A DNA stretch of 64,000 nucleotides from contig NC_073380.1 in the NCBI RefSeq assembly GCF_028641065.1, forward strand, positions 55,738,001-55,802,000. Direction: 5' to 3'. How positions within the stretch are numbered: the first letter of the stretch is position 1; every line of letters starts with the position of its first letter. Below are positions 35,195 through 47,500 of the stretch, one piece after another. This DNA is from Leucoraja erinacea (Eukaryota). The notes beneath the pieces are model-generated. The model did not search any database and was not told the origin of the DNA. It worked only from the letters and a program-made list of their open reading frames with translations. The position numbers and the translations under genes were made by a program.

Positions 35195-38100
35195 ATAGTA
35201 ATAGTAATAGGTTCTTTATTGTCATTATAACGAAATTAAAGTACAACAAAATTAAAAATGCCAACCAGTTAGTGCACCATTCACAAATTATCTAAAAGCT
35301 AACGATACGTAGAAGAGAAATATCTAAAATAAACAACTAACATAAATAACATGAAAACAAAAAAAAAAAGCATAAACACACAACCATACATTCTTCTGTC
35401 GATTGCACAATCCCTTTGGTATGTAGCGTACCTGCACTCATTTGATGGCTATATTAAGTGTAGTTATTGCTGTGGGATAAAAACTGTTTTTGAGTCTGTT
35501 TGTCCTTGTCCTCATTGATCTGTACCGTCTGCCTGACGGCAACAGTTCAAACAGGGAGTGACGGGGTGGGAAATGTCCTTTATAATGTTCTGGGATTTCT
35601 TGAGACAGTGGGAACTGTGTAGGTCCTCCAAGGTGAGGAGAGGGCAGCCGACAATCTTCTGGGCGTTGTCAATAGCCCTCTGGAGCGCTTTCCTCTTAGC
35701 CGCTGTGCAGCTGGTGTACCACACGCATACACAGTATGTTAGGATGCTCTCTATGGAGCACCGATAAAAGGACAGCAGCAGTCTCTGGGTGATGTTGTTC
35801 TTCCTGAGCACCCTCAGGAAGTGCAGTCTCTGCTGGACCTTTTTCAGCAGCGCAGAGGTGTTCACGCTCCATGTCAGGTCCTCCTCAATGTGGATTCCCA
35901 GGAAGCGGAAATCCGCCACCCTCTCCACACAGTCCCCTCTGATGATTAATGGTGTAATGTCCGTTTTCTTCTTCCTGTAGTCTATTATGAGCTCCTTAGT
36001 CTTTGAGGTGTTGAGGAGCAGGTTATTCTCTCCACACCACACTGTCAGCTGCTCCACCTCATCCCTGTATGCGTACTCATCCCCCCCAGAGATGAGCCCC
36101 ACCACCGTGGTGTCATCCGCGAATTTGACAATGGTGTTACTGTGGTGGGCGGGGGTGCAGTCATATGTGTAGATGGTGTAAAGCAGGGGGCTCAGCACAC
36201 AGCCCTGTGGAGAGCCGGTACTGAGGCTGAGGGCCGTGGATGTGTGATGGCCCAATCTGACTCTCTGGCTGCGACCCGACAGGAAGTTATTTATCCACGT
36301 ACAGGTGGAGTGTGGAAGTCCCAGGTCCCTTAGTTTGTCCACCAGTTTGTGGGGAAGGATGGTGTTAAAAGCAGAGCTGTAGTCCACAAAGAGCATCCAC
36401 ACGTAGCTCCCCCACTGCTCCAGGTGGGACAGTGCAGCATGGAGAGCTGTGGCTACAGCGTCCTCTGTGGATCTGTTCGCTCTATACGCAAACTGGTGGG
36501 GGTCAAAGCTTCGGGGCAGGAGTGATGTGATGTGACCCCGGACCAGTTTTTCAAAGCACCTCATCATCACTGGTGTGAGTGCGACTGGCCGGTAGTCGTT
36601 GAGGCTGGAAATGTGGGTTTTTTTGGGCAAGGGGACTATGGTGGAGGACTTCAGACAGGGTGGGACAGTGGACTGGGCTAGAGATTGGTTGAAAATCCTC
36701 GTAAAGACTCCAGCCAGCTGGTCTGCGCAGTCCTTCAGCATGCGTCCAGAGACGCCATCGGGTCCAGCAGCCTTCCTCGGATTGATGGCCCGCAGCGTGC
36801 GCCTCACCTCATGCTCCTCTATTTTGAGGGTTAAGCTGCTGTGGACCATGTGCTGTGATGTGGCTGTCTCTGGTGGCTCCACTTCAAAGCGAGCAAAGAA
36901 GAGGTTCAGCCCCTCTGCCAATGAGGCGTCACCTTCAGCAGCTCCAAGGTTGGTCTTGTAGTTGATGAGATACTGGATCCCCTGCCACACCTGCCTGCTG
37001 TTGTTACTGTCCAGGTGGTCCTCTATCCTCCTCCTGTAGTCTGATTTGGCCTCTCTGATGCCTCTCTTCAGGTTAGCTCGGGCCGTGCTGTATAAAGCCC
37101 TATTGCCAGACCTAAAAGCGGTGTTCCTCTCTTTTAACAGCCGCTGGACCTCCCGGGTCATCCAGGGCTTCTGGTTGGGGTAGACCTGGATGCGTTTGTC
37201 CACTGTGACAGTGTCCATGCTGTTTTTAATGTAACACAGTACACTGTCTGTGAACACCTCCAGGTCCCGGTGTTCAAACACATCCCAGTTGGTCCTGTCG
37301 AAGCAGTCCTGCAGCTGCTGAGAGGCACCATCAGGCCAAGTTGTGATGGTCTTTGTGATGGTAGGAGCAGTTTTCCTGAGGGGGGCATATGCAGGAATTA
37401 AAAGCAGGGACATATGGTCAGACTGGCCCAGGTGTGGTAGTGGTCTAGCCCTGTAGCCCAGCTTGATGTTGGAGTAGACCTTGTCCAGTGTGTTAGCTCC
37501 TCTTGTAGCACATTTAACATGCTGGTAGAATTTGGGGAGCATTGCCTTCAAGTCCGCGTGATTAAAGTCCCCTGCTATGATGTGAACAGCGTCAGGATAT
37601 GTGCTCTGCTGGCTGCTAGTGCTACCATACAAATGTCCGATAGCCGAGTTAGCATTAGCATCCGGTGGTATGTATACAGCAGTTATCATGACGACAGTAA
37701 ACTCTCTAGGGAGATAAATGGGCCTGCATTTAACAGTCACATACTCCAAGTCCGGGGAGCAGTGACTGTCTACAATCACTGTGTTAGTACACCAGTTGTT
37801 GTTCACGTACACACAGAACCCTCCTCCTCTGCTCTTACCGGAGTCTCTTGTCCTGTCATGACGCTGTGTGGTGTAACCTGCTAGCTCGATAGCAAAGTCC
37901 GGAATGAATGAAGCCAGGTCTCCGTGATCAACAGAATGCAGCTGTCCTTCACGGCGTTGTTAGCTGCAGTCCGTAGCCTCAGTTCATCCATCTTGTTAGC
38001 GAGGGATCTGGCGTTCGTGAGAAACAGGCTGGGAAGCGGTGGTTTGAGTGGCTGCCTCCGTAGCTTGGCTAGCGCGCTGGCCCTGCAGCCTCGCTTTTGC

Positions 38101-38375
38101 CTTCTCTCTCTGCGCCGCCTTCGCCTCCTCCTTGCGGGGATGGTAATCCACGGAGAGCCGGGGCTCCTCGCTATGTCCACCGGGATCTTGTGTGAACGGA
38201 CAAACTCGGCTGTAACACTCCGCTCGTGACCAGCTCCAATCCTAAGGAGATCATGCTGGTCGTAGACGTTGTTCACCCGACAGAAAGTACAGAAAGTACA
38301 CAGGACAAAAAACAACACACGTACACAAAAGACCGAAAGAACATTCAGCTGCCGCAACTGTGTGCGCCGCCATCT
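35195..38375 (-). mobile_element. Full-length Rex1/Babar-clade non-LTR retrotransposon
   Basis: 5' end AGATGGCGGCG; single APE-RT ORF; 3' AATAAA followed by a (CTATTA)n tail. Confidence 0.9.
35438..38357 (-). pseudogene. APE endonuclease-reverse transcriptase polyprotein of the Rex1/Babar LINE (two frameshifts)
   Basis: Arg-rich leader then LPSLFLTNARSLANKMDEL, ITETWL, AGDFNH, SDH (APE); [23 protein letters not shown] (RT). Frameshifts near 37890 and 35565; after the second, [23 protein letters not shown] runs to TGA at 35438. Confidence 0.9.
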
Positions 38376-38589
38376 CCTTGTACTGGCTATCTCCCTTCTG
38401 TTCTTTTAGTCCAGAGGAAGGGTCTCGAACTGAAATGTTGACTGTCCATTTTCCTCCACAGATACTGCTTGACCCATTGAGTTCCTCCAGGACTTTTGTG
38501 TTTTGTGACTGGATGTTGATGCTCCAGGAAAGAGTAGTGAGGCCACCATTAGGATGAAGTCTCAGGTGTTGTACTGCCCATTGTCCAGG

Positions 38590-38920
38590 AATGAGTAGGT
38601 TAACCTATGATGAGCGTTTGTTGGCACTCGACCTGTACTCGCTGGAGTTTCGAAGAATGGGAATAGTGAAAGGCTTGGATAGAGTGGATGTGGAGAGGAT
38701 GTTTCCGTTAGTGGGAGAGTCTTGAACAAAAGATCATATCCTCAGAATTAAAGGATGTTCTTTTAGGCAGGAGATGAGGAGAAACTTCTTTAGTCAGAGG
38801 TTATGGGAAGAAAGCAAGAGAATGGGGTTAGGAGGGGGAGATAGATCAGCCATGATTGAATGGTGGAGTAGATTAGATGGGTTGAATGGCCTAATTCTAC
38901 TATTACGTGACCTTATGACC
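38590..38920 (+). mobile_element. Degenerate CR1 3' fragment
   Basis: acctatgatgagcgtttg..ctgtactcgctggagtttcgaaga..gagatgaggagaaacttctttagtcagagg. Confidence 0.75.
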
Positions 38921-39192
38921 CATTGGGCTACTTCCTACTCTTTTAAGGAGTTATTTTATTAGCTGGATAGAATAGTAAGATTAAACGAGCTTACCAGTTT
39001 GAAGTTTGATCTGTATTTTATGAGGAGTTACGATGAGGGATTACGTGAAGAACCCGTCTAGCACGCATGCGCGACATACTTCAAAGCAGCGGTGTGGAAT
39101 CACAGAAAACACAATAATTGAAATAAACATAGTAAAGACAAGGAGAACTAAGTTACCAGTTGATCTCTATAATTGAGGGTGGGAGCGGAGGG

Positions 39193-39305
39193 CACGTAAT
39201 CCCTCATAGTAACTCCTTATAAAATACAGATCAAACTTCAAACTGGTAAGTTCTCGTTTAATCTTACTATTTTACTTCGGTGTCACGTGAGTGACTACGT
39301 GAAGA
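39193..39305. repeat. DIRS internal complementary region (ICR), copy A
   Basis: First part is the reverse complement of the left terminus (from 38971); second part is the reverse complement of the right terminus (to 44226); joined at about 39270. Confidence 0.92.
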
Positions 39306-39469
39306 TTTTAAAGCTCTGTGATTTCAAACCGTGTAACAGTTCATACTTCACTCGCTGCCGAAGTCATTCAAGGGAGGAAGTATGGTTTGTAATCAACCAT
39401 GAATCTGTTTGTAAGACAATAATGGTATTTATTAAACAATAACAAAAAGAAAAGAATGCTCCCCCGGGC

Positions 39470-40459
39470 TTAAATTATATATTTGCAGATTCTAAAACTC
39501 TTTCTGCAAATAAAACAGGTTCTGCTAGGCTTATCGTAGAACGTTTGGAATGTTTTCTCCATGGACCACCCCGCAGTAGCCAGGATGTGGTCCAATGGCA
39601 TGTCCATCCTTTTAGCCGCCGATGTGGATGCTGCCCTGGTGGAGTGAGATGTACATACGTCAGTATCTACTCCAGCAGCTCCCAGTACCTGCTTGAGCCA
39701 TCTGGAGATGGTTTGGCTCGCCACCCGACCATGAGGTTTCTTGGAGCTGACCCATAGGGCTTTTTCTCTCCCTCAGGAATCTCTTGTTGTGTTGATGTAA
39801 ACGAGTAAATGAGTCATGACACATAACCGTGGGTCAGGTGGGTACGCCCGGAAATCCATAACTAGGCCTGAAGTTCCTGGCCTGCTCTGCTTTACCAGCT
39901 CCTGAATAGTGAATGTGATACGGTCTGGTGTTATAACCATGTTGTCCAGTCGAAGTAAGTGGAGGGACTGGACCCTTTGTGCTGAGACTAGTGCCATCAG
40001 CATGACCGTTTTCAGGGTTAGCTGTTCCAGGGTGAGAGACCTGGCTGGTGACCATCCCCTTAGGTATGTCAGGATAACACTGACATCCCAGATTTTGGTG
40101 TACCTAGGTCTTGGGGGGTTGGAATTGAATATCCCTCTCATTAGTTTGATCACCAGCCGGTGAGACCCTATGGCCTGTTGTCCTGGTGCCTGGTTTAAGT
40201 AGGCTGACAGAGCACTTCTGGCGCTATTGATGGCTCTGTAGCTCAGTCATTCATTATGGTGAAGGCCGGCCAGGAACTCCAGTACATTAGTTACGGTTGT
40301 TGATGAATATGTTGTCCCAGTTTTCGAGCAGTATGTTTCCCACTTCCTTATGCTCGATAGGTATTGTTTCCTGGTGGACATACGGTGGGACGCTGTCATC
40401 GTGTTCATGGTCCTGTTAGATAATCCCAGGCCCAGCAGTGGTCTTTTCAGAATCTGCAA
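39470..40459 (-). pseudogene. DIRS tyrosine recombinase (frameshifted)
   Basis: LMALVSAQRVQSL (catalytic R), HSTRAAS (HxxR) and AGWS..TFQTFY (W, Y) across ORFs 40247-40459, 39773-40153 and 39470-39724. Confidence 0.9.
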
Positions 40460-40539
40460 CCCAGTAGGTTAATTCTGTCATGGCATGGATGACTTATGCC
40501 TGACACTGGGTGAGTCAATAGGTTTGGACTACTGGGAAT

Positions 40540-41433
40540 GGTCATTGGAGTTTCAATGACCATGTCGAGGACCACTGGGAACTATGGCTGTGTAGGCCAG
40601 TTGGGTGCTATCAAAATACCCGAAGCAGAGTCCATCTGTATTTTGTGTAGTACCCTACTGATGAGGCAGAAGGGGGGAAAGGCATAAATAGTTCCCCCAG
40701 TCCAGTGCAAATGCATCTATCGCTGCTGCCTCAGGGTCTGGTTCCCAAGCGACATACATTGGTACCTGGTGATTTAGTCTGGATGCAAAGAGATTGATAT
40801 CTGGTGTGCCATATTGCTTTGTAATTTTAGCAAATGCTTTAGGATTTAACATCCATTCGGTGTTATCATTGAATTTGCGTGACCTGGTGTCTTCCACTGT
40901 ATTTAGCTTACCTAGTAGGTAAGTTGCTGATAGCCAAATATGTCTATCAACACACCATTGCCAGATTGTTGACCAAATTGTCACATGATATCGATATTAT
41001 TCCGCCCATATGGTTAATATAGGCCACCACCATGGTATTAATCTGTAAATGAACATGCAAGTGGTGCATATTCATAAAATATGCTTTTAAACCATAAAAC
41101 GCACCCAACATTTCCAAACCACCATTATAACTGTGATATTGCTTCAATGGGTAATTTCATGGTTCGGTCAAAGTGATCTGCATGTCGTTTTAACGCCTGC
41201 ACTTTTGCTCTTTCTAGGTTTTGATAGTGCAAAGGTCCAAATTGTGCAGCTGGAAATGCTGCTACTATTTTGCCAATTACTTTTGCCACTTGTCGGATGG
41301 TTGGTCGATTGCTAACCATTAAATTGTTACACGTCTGTGCCAATTCTGCTGCTTTATCTTTTGGCAACGTTACAGACATGTGGACTGAGTTAATTGTGAA
41401 TCCCAGATAGTCGATAGTTGTGGATGGCGTCAA
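40540..41433 (-). pseudogene. DIRS RT connection, RNase H and Dam-like methyltransferase domains (frameshifted)
   Basis: IDYLGFTINS; LEMLGA..VAYINHMGG; YLLGKLNTVEDTRSR (RNase H); INLFASRLN..AIDAF, then YAFPPF..APNWPTQP (MT). Confidence 0.85.
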
Positions 41434-42210
41434 CTTAGAATTATCTGGATGTACAATAGTAAAACAAATCCCAAGGTTTCAAACAATTGTTTGGTAGCTA
41501 ACACAGCTGATTTAGCCAATTCCATGGTTTTGCCCACTATTAAGATATCATCAAGATATGCCATGACAATATGTTTCTGTTTTCTTAATATTGCCAAGGC
41601 TGGTTTTAATATCTTGGTAAATAGTCTTGGGGCTGATGTTAATCCATTAGGCGACGCTTTAAACTGCCATTGTTGCCCCATCCAGGTAAATTTCAGGTAT
41701 CTACGATGATCCTTTTGAATGGGGACTGAATAGTAGGCATCTTTTAAATCGATGCTTGCCATAAAGTATCCTTTGGAAATCAGCTGTTTGGCAGTTACAA
41801 ATGTTTCCATTTTTAAATGTATATACTTAACAAAGGTATTTAGTGAAGTTAAGTCAATGATGATGCGACATCCACCATCTTTTTTGTTTTTGGGAAATAT
41901 ATTTGAGACAAATTCCAAAGGGTCATGTTTAGATATCTCAATGATACCCTTTGTAAGTAACCTCACCAGTTCTGCTTTACCCTCTAGTTTTTCTTTGACT
42001 GAGGGGGTAAAGACCCTTTGGGGTGCATGCTGAACTGGTGGCATATTTTCTTGAATGAATTCTATTTTATATCCACGAATACTGTTAAGTATATAACTAT
42101 CATTCATGATAGTCCTCCATGCTTCCATGAACAGGAGTAATCTCCCCGCTGTTAGTACAGTATCCTCACTTTTTATATGCTGGCAGGCACCAAACCCACC
42201 TACCTCCATA
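41430..42210 (-). pseudogene. DIRS reverse transcriptase
   Basis: KKDGGCRIIIDL, IDLKDAYYSVPI, GLTSAPRLFTK, MAYLDDIL. Confidence 0.92.
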
Positions 42211-42789
42211 CAATACAATACAATACCTTTATTTGTCATTTGAACCTCACATGAGGTTCAAACGAAATTTAGTTTCTGCAGCCATACAATAAAAGAACCA
42301 AAACACACACCAACACTATTCACATAAACATCCATCACAGTGGCTCTCCTCCTCACTGTGATGGAAGGCAAAGTTCTTGTCTCTCCCCTGCATTCCATTT
42401 CCCTCCCGAAGTCGAGGTCAAAGCCCCCGGCGGGCGCTAGTCCGCGGCAAATTAAGGCCGCGCCGGGCGTTGTAGGGCCCCCCTCCAGGTCACTCTCAAC
42501 CCCGCAATTCGGGCGGGAGAAGTCGCCGCTGCCGGTGCCCCGCAAAGCAGCCTCCCACCGGGGATCCGCGAGCTCCCGGTGTCACCATCCACCGGAGCCG
42601 GGCCGCAGCAACGCGCCACCGCCGCTCTCCACGCCCCGAAGCCGGCCAGCTCCACGGAGGTAAGTCCGCAGCAGCTCCACAGCAGCTCCACAGCTCCACA
42701 GCAGCTCCCCAGCTCCACAGGCTCCGCGGCTCCACAGCAGCTCCCCAGCTCCACAGGCTCCGCAGCTCCACAGCAACTATGGAGCAAGT
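42211..42789 (-). mobile_element. Unclassified GC-rich non-coding retroposed element inserted in the DIRS pol N-terminus
   Basis: Minus-strand AATAAA plus (GTATT)n tail, two stem-loops, gcagctccaca tandem repeats; splits the reading NTPIT|MEVGG; cctccata/cctccgta duplication. Confidence 0.75.
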
Positions 42790-42867
42790 CCTCCGTAGTT
42801 ATGGGTGTGTTCCTTTCTTCTGTTTCTTCATCTGTCGTTGTACTGCTGGGTGGGGGTGGCACATTTT

Positions 42868-43968
42868 CTATGGGGACCGTTCCGGGCCCTGGCCTAAAAA
42901 AGGCTTTCGGGGATAGTATGCGGATCCCGAGCTTTCACCAGTCCCATGAGGTTGACGTCGACTGGTGGACAAGGTGGGGTATTGCCGTCTGGGTTGTGTG
43001 GGTCTGCTCGTTCCGGGGTCTGCCCTCATGAGGCCGAATCCTTTTGACTCTTCCTCTAGATCTTTTACTTGTTTGGACAAGTCCTTACCAAATAGCAGGA
43101 TCAGTGGCTCTGAGGCCGGTGTTTTGCACAGTCCTGCAAATTTGGGATTGAGGGCAGGTCTTATTACCTCCTTGTGGAGGTTGTTGATTTCCTATTGGGT
43201 ATTACACAGCAGAGCCAGTGTGTCTTGCTGGTTGGTGGTCATGTCCACCCCATCCACGGAACGAGCATAGGATGTTATGGCTGATGTCAGGAGCTTGAGG
43301 ATGCGCTGCAATTTTAGTTCCTGGTTTTGGATGCCCTGCCTAAAGTACCCCCAGATTTGGCTGTTAACGGCGGGTACGTTGAGCGAAATGCAGTTCTCCG
43401 GAGGCGAGTAGAGTTCTAATGCTTCATTGACTACCTGTTCTTGTAGGGGTTTGAAGGACAGGTAGTCAATGCTGGCCGCTAGTTTTGGCTGCAATGGCCG
43501 CCGTGCTCGTGGTGTAGCCGCGTAGCAGTTCACCACACCCAGCAGCTCTTCCTGATCCTGTACCCCGTGCGTACTCCCGACAGCTTCGGCCAGTGACCCC
43601 TGTTCCTGACCAGCCCAGTCCTGGTCGCTAACGCTGCCCTCGGCTGAGGGGGAAGTGATGGCCAGTGCATTGTAGGGCACTGGTGCGGGAGTGCCTGAAC
43701 TCCCTTGGCGAGACTGCTCCAGCTCCCGAAGCAAGTCTCGCTGGAGCATTTGCTCCATGAGCCTTTCCATACGGCTCAGGTAGCTGCTTCTGCCGTTCTC
43801 AGGCAACAAGTCTTCCTCGTCGGAGTTATCAGAGATTACCGGCGTGTCTGATTTCCTTTTTGATTTACCTCCAGTCTGCTGCTGTTGGTCAGGCTGCGCT
43901 AGCGGTACTTGGCTCGGCTCGGAATCAATTATTGTGGACCGCAGCGCGTGCGGTCCAGGTGCCGCCAC
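42868..43968 (-). pseudogene. DIRS gag-like ORF1 (in-frame stop / broken)
   Basis: Long low-complexity ORF upstream of RT with a PENC..L.VP.VN..IW motif typical of DIRS ORF1; GxQDQEELLGVV is shared with copy B (51527-51754). Confidence 0.75.
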
Positions 43969-44739
43969 TCACCCCCCACTGATGGAACGCTCCTGTTATA
44001 TTGGTAGTCGAACGGGGGGGCGGTCTTTTTTCCCTGCACAAAGCAGAACAAGGTTTTGTAAATTACGACCTCAGAGTAAATACTTACCTGACGGTCCGTC
44101 TTTTTAAACTTGTAGCGGGAGCGCCTGCACTACCGTTCGTCGTTGTTGCACTGAGTGAACGCTCATGTCGTGCATGCGTGCTGGACGGGTTCTTCACGTA
44201 GTCACTCACGTGACTCCAAAGTAAAACATGACACATATCTTACTGGTACAGCCATGTCAGTAAACATAGTGTATTTAACACATTCGCATAGAATGCTTTG
44301 TTCTATTTTTAATGGGATACCGCTCTTGACCAAACCCATTTGCTTTCATTTCTGCCACTGAGTTCCTTCCCTTACTCTATTCCCAGAACCCAGGAATATT
44401 TTTGGGAGGTCTGATAAAGGGCCTCGGTCCAAGCGTCAATTCCTAAGGTGGATCCTAAAATGACATCTATTTTCTCCAGGGATGCTGCCAGACCTGCTGA
44501 GTTACTCCGGTATTTTGCATCTATCTTCTATGTGAAACAGCATCTCCAGTTCATTCTTATAAATTGTTTTCCCAATTACCACTGAACTTCAGTCATGCAG
44601 TAAATTCCAAATCTTTATAATTCACTTTGTTTGTAAAAAGTTCATCTTCTGGCTCTCTGGTCAACTGCCACTATGTCCACAGGTCACTAACCTATGGAAA
44701 TGTTTTTTTCCTTGTACTCAGACTTGGGTTTCTTTCTGT

Positions 44740-45135
44740 GGAATGGTAGAGATTGAGGATAGACATGATAGAAGTATATACAATTATGAAAGCCATAGAA
44801 AGGGTAGACAGTCAGAACCTTTGACCTAGGGTGGAAATGTCATGGTTGAGAGGGCATCTTTTTAAGCTGAAAAGGGCAAGTTTAAAGGAGATATGTGGGG
44901 CAAGTTTTTTTACACAGAGAATGGTGGGTACTTGAAATGCGTCGCCAGGGGTGGTGGTGGAGGCAGATCGGATAGCGCTGTTTAATAGGTTTTTAGATGG
45001 GCACATAGATATGCAAGGACAGGAGGGATATGCATTGTGTACAGGCAGTGGAGATTAATTTATCTTGTCATTATGTTTGGCATGAATAGTGTGGGGCAAA
45101 AGGCTTGTTCCTGTGCTTTACTGTTTTATGTTCGA
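44740..45135 (+). mobile_element. CR1 3' fragment
   Basis: agattgagg..gacatgatagaagtatatacaattatga..ttttttacacagagaatggtgggtacttg. Confidence 0.75.
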
Positions 45136-45799
45136 AGTCCTCCATTGAAACCTCTCATGATTTTGAAAATCTTGAATGATTTTCATCTTATCTTTTGTTC
45201 TCAGTATTGTGTCTTAGACTGAACAATTTTTTCTTCACAGTTTCTGCCAACGTGGCTTAATTAGGAACTGCAAGCCTAAGTTTCTGGGACCAAAATTATT
45301 TTGATTATTTTCACTGCACATGGAATGACCCAATCTTTTTTCACTTTTCAGCTACAAGAGCAATGTGAAAAAGTCAGAGCAAAGTGCAAATGTGATTCTG
45401 CATCCAAACAATTTACAGCTCTCTTTTGGATTTCTGTAAAAATCAGCAGTTTAAAATTCATAACAAATCTACCCTGGCATCAATATTTATAACAATAAAC
45501 AAAGCCAGACTTGTTTTGAAATTTAGCTTGTTTAGCATTATAACTTGTCAAACATTGAATTTTAAGTTGCCACTGATATGAACCAGATCCACCTAAGGAA
45601 TTAACGCTTGCCCCAATTTTATTGCATTCCTATAGAGTACACAGTTCTCTATTCACCATGTCCTGACTTAGCCTATATCCTAATTATTTTGCTCTTCTGA
45701 CACTAAGCGCTGGAGCAACTTGGCGGGTCAAGCAGCATCACTGGAGAACATGGATAGGTGGTGTTTTGGGTTGGGACTCTTTTTCAGACAGGAGAGGGG

Positions 45800-46575
45800 G
45801 GAGCCCAGGACCAGAGGACATAGCCTCAGAATAAAAAGGCATAACTTTTAGAAAGGAGATGAGACCCAATTGAAACTTATCGAATAGTGAAGGGCATGGA
45901 TAGAGAGAATATGGAGAGGACGTTTCTACTAGTGGGAGAGTTTAGGACCAGAATAAAAGGACATACCTTTTAGAAAAGAGATGAGGAAGAATTTCTTTAT
46001 GCCAATACTGAGGCTCTTTAAGGCGCTGGTTAGGCTGCATTTGGGGGTATTTGTGTGCAATTTTAGGCACCATATCTGTGGAAGGATGTGCTGGCTCTGG
46101 AGTGGGTCCAGAAGAGGTTTACAAGAATGATCCCAAGAATGAGTTAGTTAACATATGATGAGTCTTTGACGGCACCGGGGCGTGTACTTGAGTTTAGAAT
46201 GATGAGTGAGGAACTTGAAAGGCTTGGATAGAGTGGATGTGCAGAGGATATTTCTACTAATGGGAGATTCCAGGGCAAGAGGTCATAGCCTCAGAATTAA
46301 ATGACATTTCTTTTGGAAAGAGATGCGGTGAAATTTCTTCAGTCAGAGAGTGGTGAATCTGTGAAATTCTTTGCCACAGAAGGCTGTGGAGGCCAAGTCA
46401 ATGGATATTTTTAAGACAGAGATAGATAGATTCTTGATTAGTACAGGTGTCAGAGGTTATGGGGAGAAGGCAGAAGAATGGGGTTAGGAGGGAGAGGTTG
46501 ATCAGCCATGATTGAATGGCGGAGTAGACTTGATGGGCCGAATGGTCTAATTCTACTCCTATCACTTATGACCTT
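45800..46575 (+). mobile_element. Rearranged CR1 3' fragments
   Basis: ggaccagagg..catagcctcagaat...gagatgag occurs three times before the tail. Confidence 0.75.
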
Positions 46576-47269
46576 ATTCATCAGAAAATTAAACCTGTCA
46601 CATCATGCTTACCTTTGTATCACTTCTTGAAGGAAATCAATAGATCTGTACCAAATTTTGGCCCCATTAAGTATCACAACAGGGCATTTTAAACACAGTT
46701 TAGTTTAGTGTCACGTGCACCGAGGTACAGTCAAAGTTTTTTGTTGCGTGCTATCCAGTCATTGGAGACTAAATACAATTACAATTGAGACGACCATAGT
46801 GCACAGATAGAGGGTAAAGGGGATAGAGGAGATTAAGAAGTGCATAGTTAAAGTAAGAAATGCTGCTATTGGAGTCAAATGTTTAAAAGAGTGGAGCGAT
46901 TGCAATGAGTGATTGCAGGTCCACTTCTGTGACCAGCATGCAGAGTCGCCTGGCTTTGTCATCATCTTGTTCAGATAGTCCATCGATTGAAATTAAAGAA
47001 AGCAAGATTGTGAATAGCGGTTCTGAGAATAATATATATATGGTTTAGGAATGGCAGAGGAATTTATAAAATGGGCACTATGCCTGGTCAACTCTTTGAA
47101 AACATTTTTCTAATTTTGCTTCATTTTTCCTTTCAGATTGTTTTAAATAAACAAACTTTAACCTACTCTCTTTAGGCTGAATGTAGTGATTCTTCATTTC
47201 CACAAACGACATTTGTGGTAGATCATACCTGTTGCCAATTAGTGAATTCATTTGATTTGTTTGATGTTC

Positions 47270-47500
47270 ATAAGTTCTTGGAGCAGAATAAGGCCATTTG
47301 TCCCATCAAGTCTACTCCGCCATTCAATCATAGTTGATCTATCTTTCCCTCTCAACCACATTCTCCTGCCTTCAACCCATAAACCCCTGACACTCTTACT
47401 CATCACTAATCTGTCAGTCTCTGCATTTAAAAATATCTCTTGACTTGGGATAGCCACAATTCAGAAGATTCACTACCCTCTAACTAATGAAATTCATTCT
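47270..47500 (-). mobile_element. CR1 3' fragment
   Basis: Reverse complement of the tail family seen at 46400-46570. Confidence 0.75.

Larger units (their letters stand above)
38971..44226 (-). mobile_element. DIRS1-type tyrosine-recombinase retrotransposon, copy A (full length, interrupted)
   Basis: Inverted terminal repeats (39042-39077 vs 44165-44200), ICR at 39193-39305, and gag-RT-RNaseH-MT-YR order on the minus strand. Confidence 0.93.

Noticed and set aside
40658-40680. CTGATGA...GAAA inside DIRS copy A resembling a hammerhead core
   Set aside because: No stem II can form; it is the antisense of the FPPFCLIS codons
42258-43031. Several overlapping 90-150 aa ORFs with repeated peptides
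   Set aside because: By-product of GC-rich tandem repeats in the inserted element
44034-44087. Apparent GT-AG mini-intron at the DIRS 5' end (54 nt; 42 nt in copy B)
   Set aside because: Shorter than normal vertebrate introns and length not conserved; only the donor is kept as a finding
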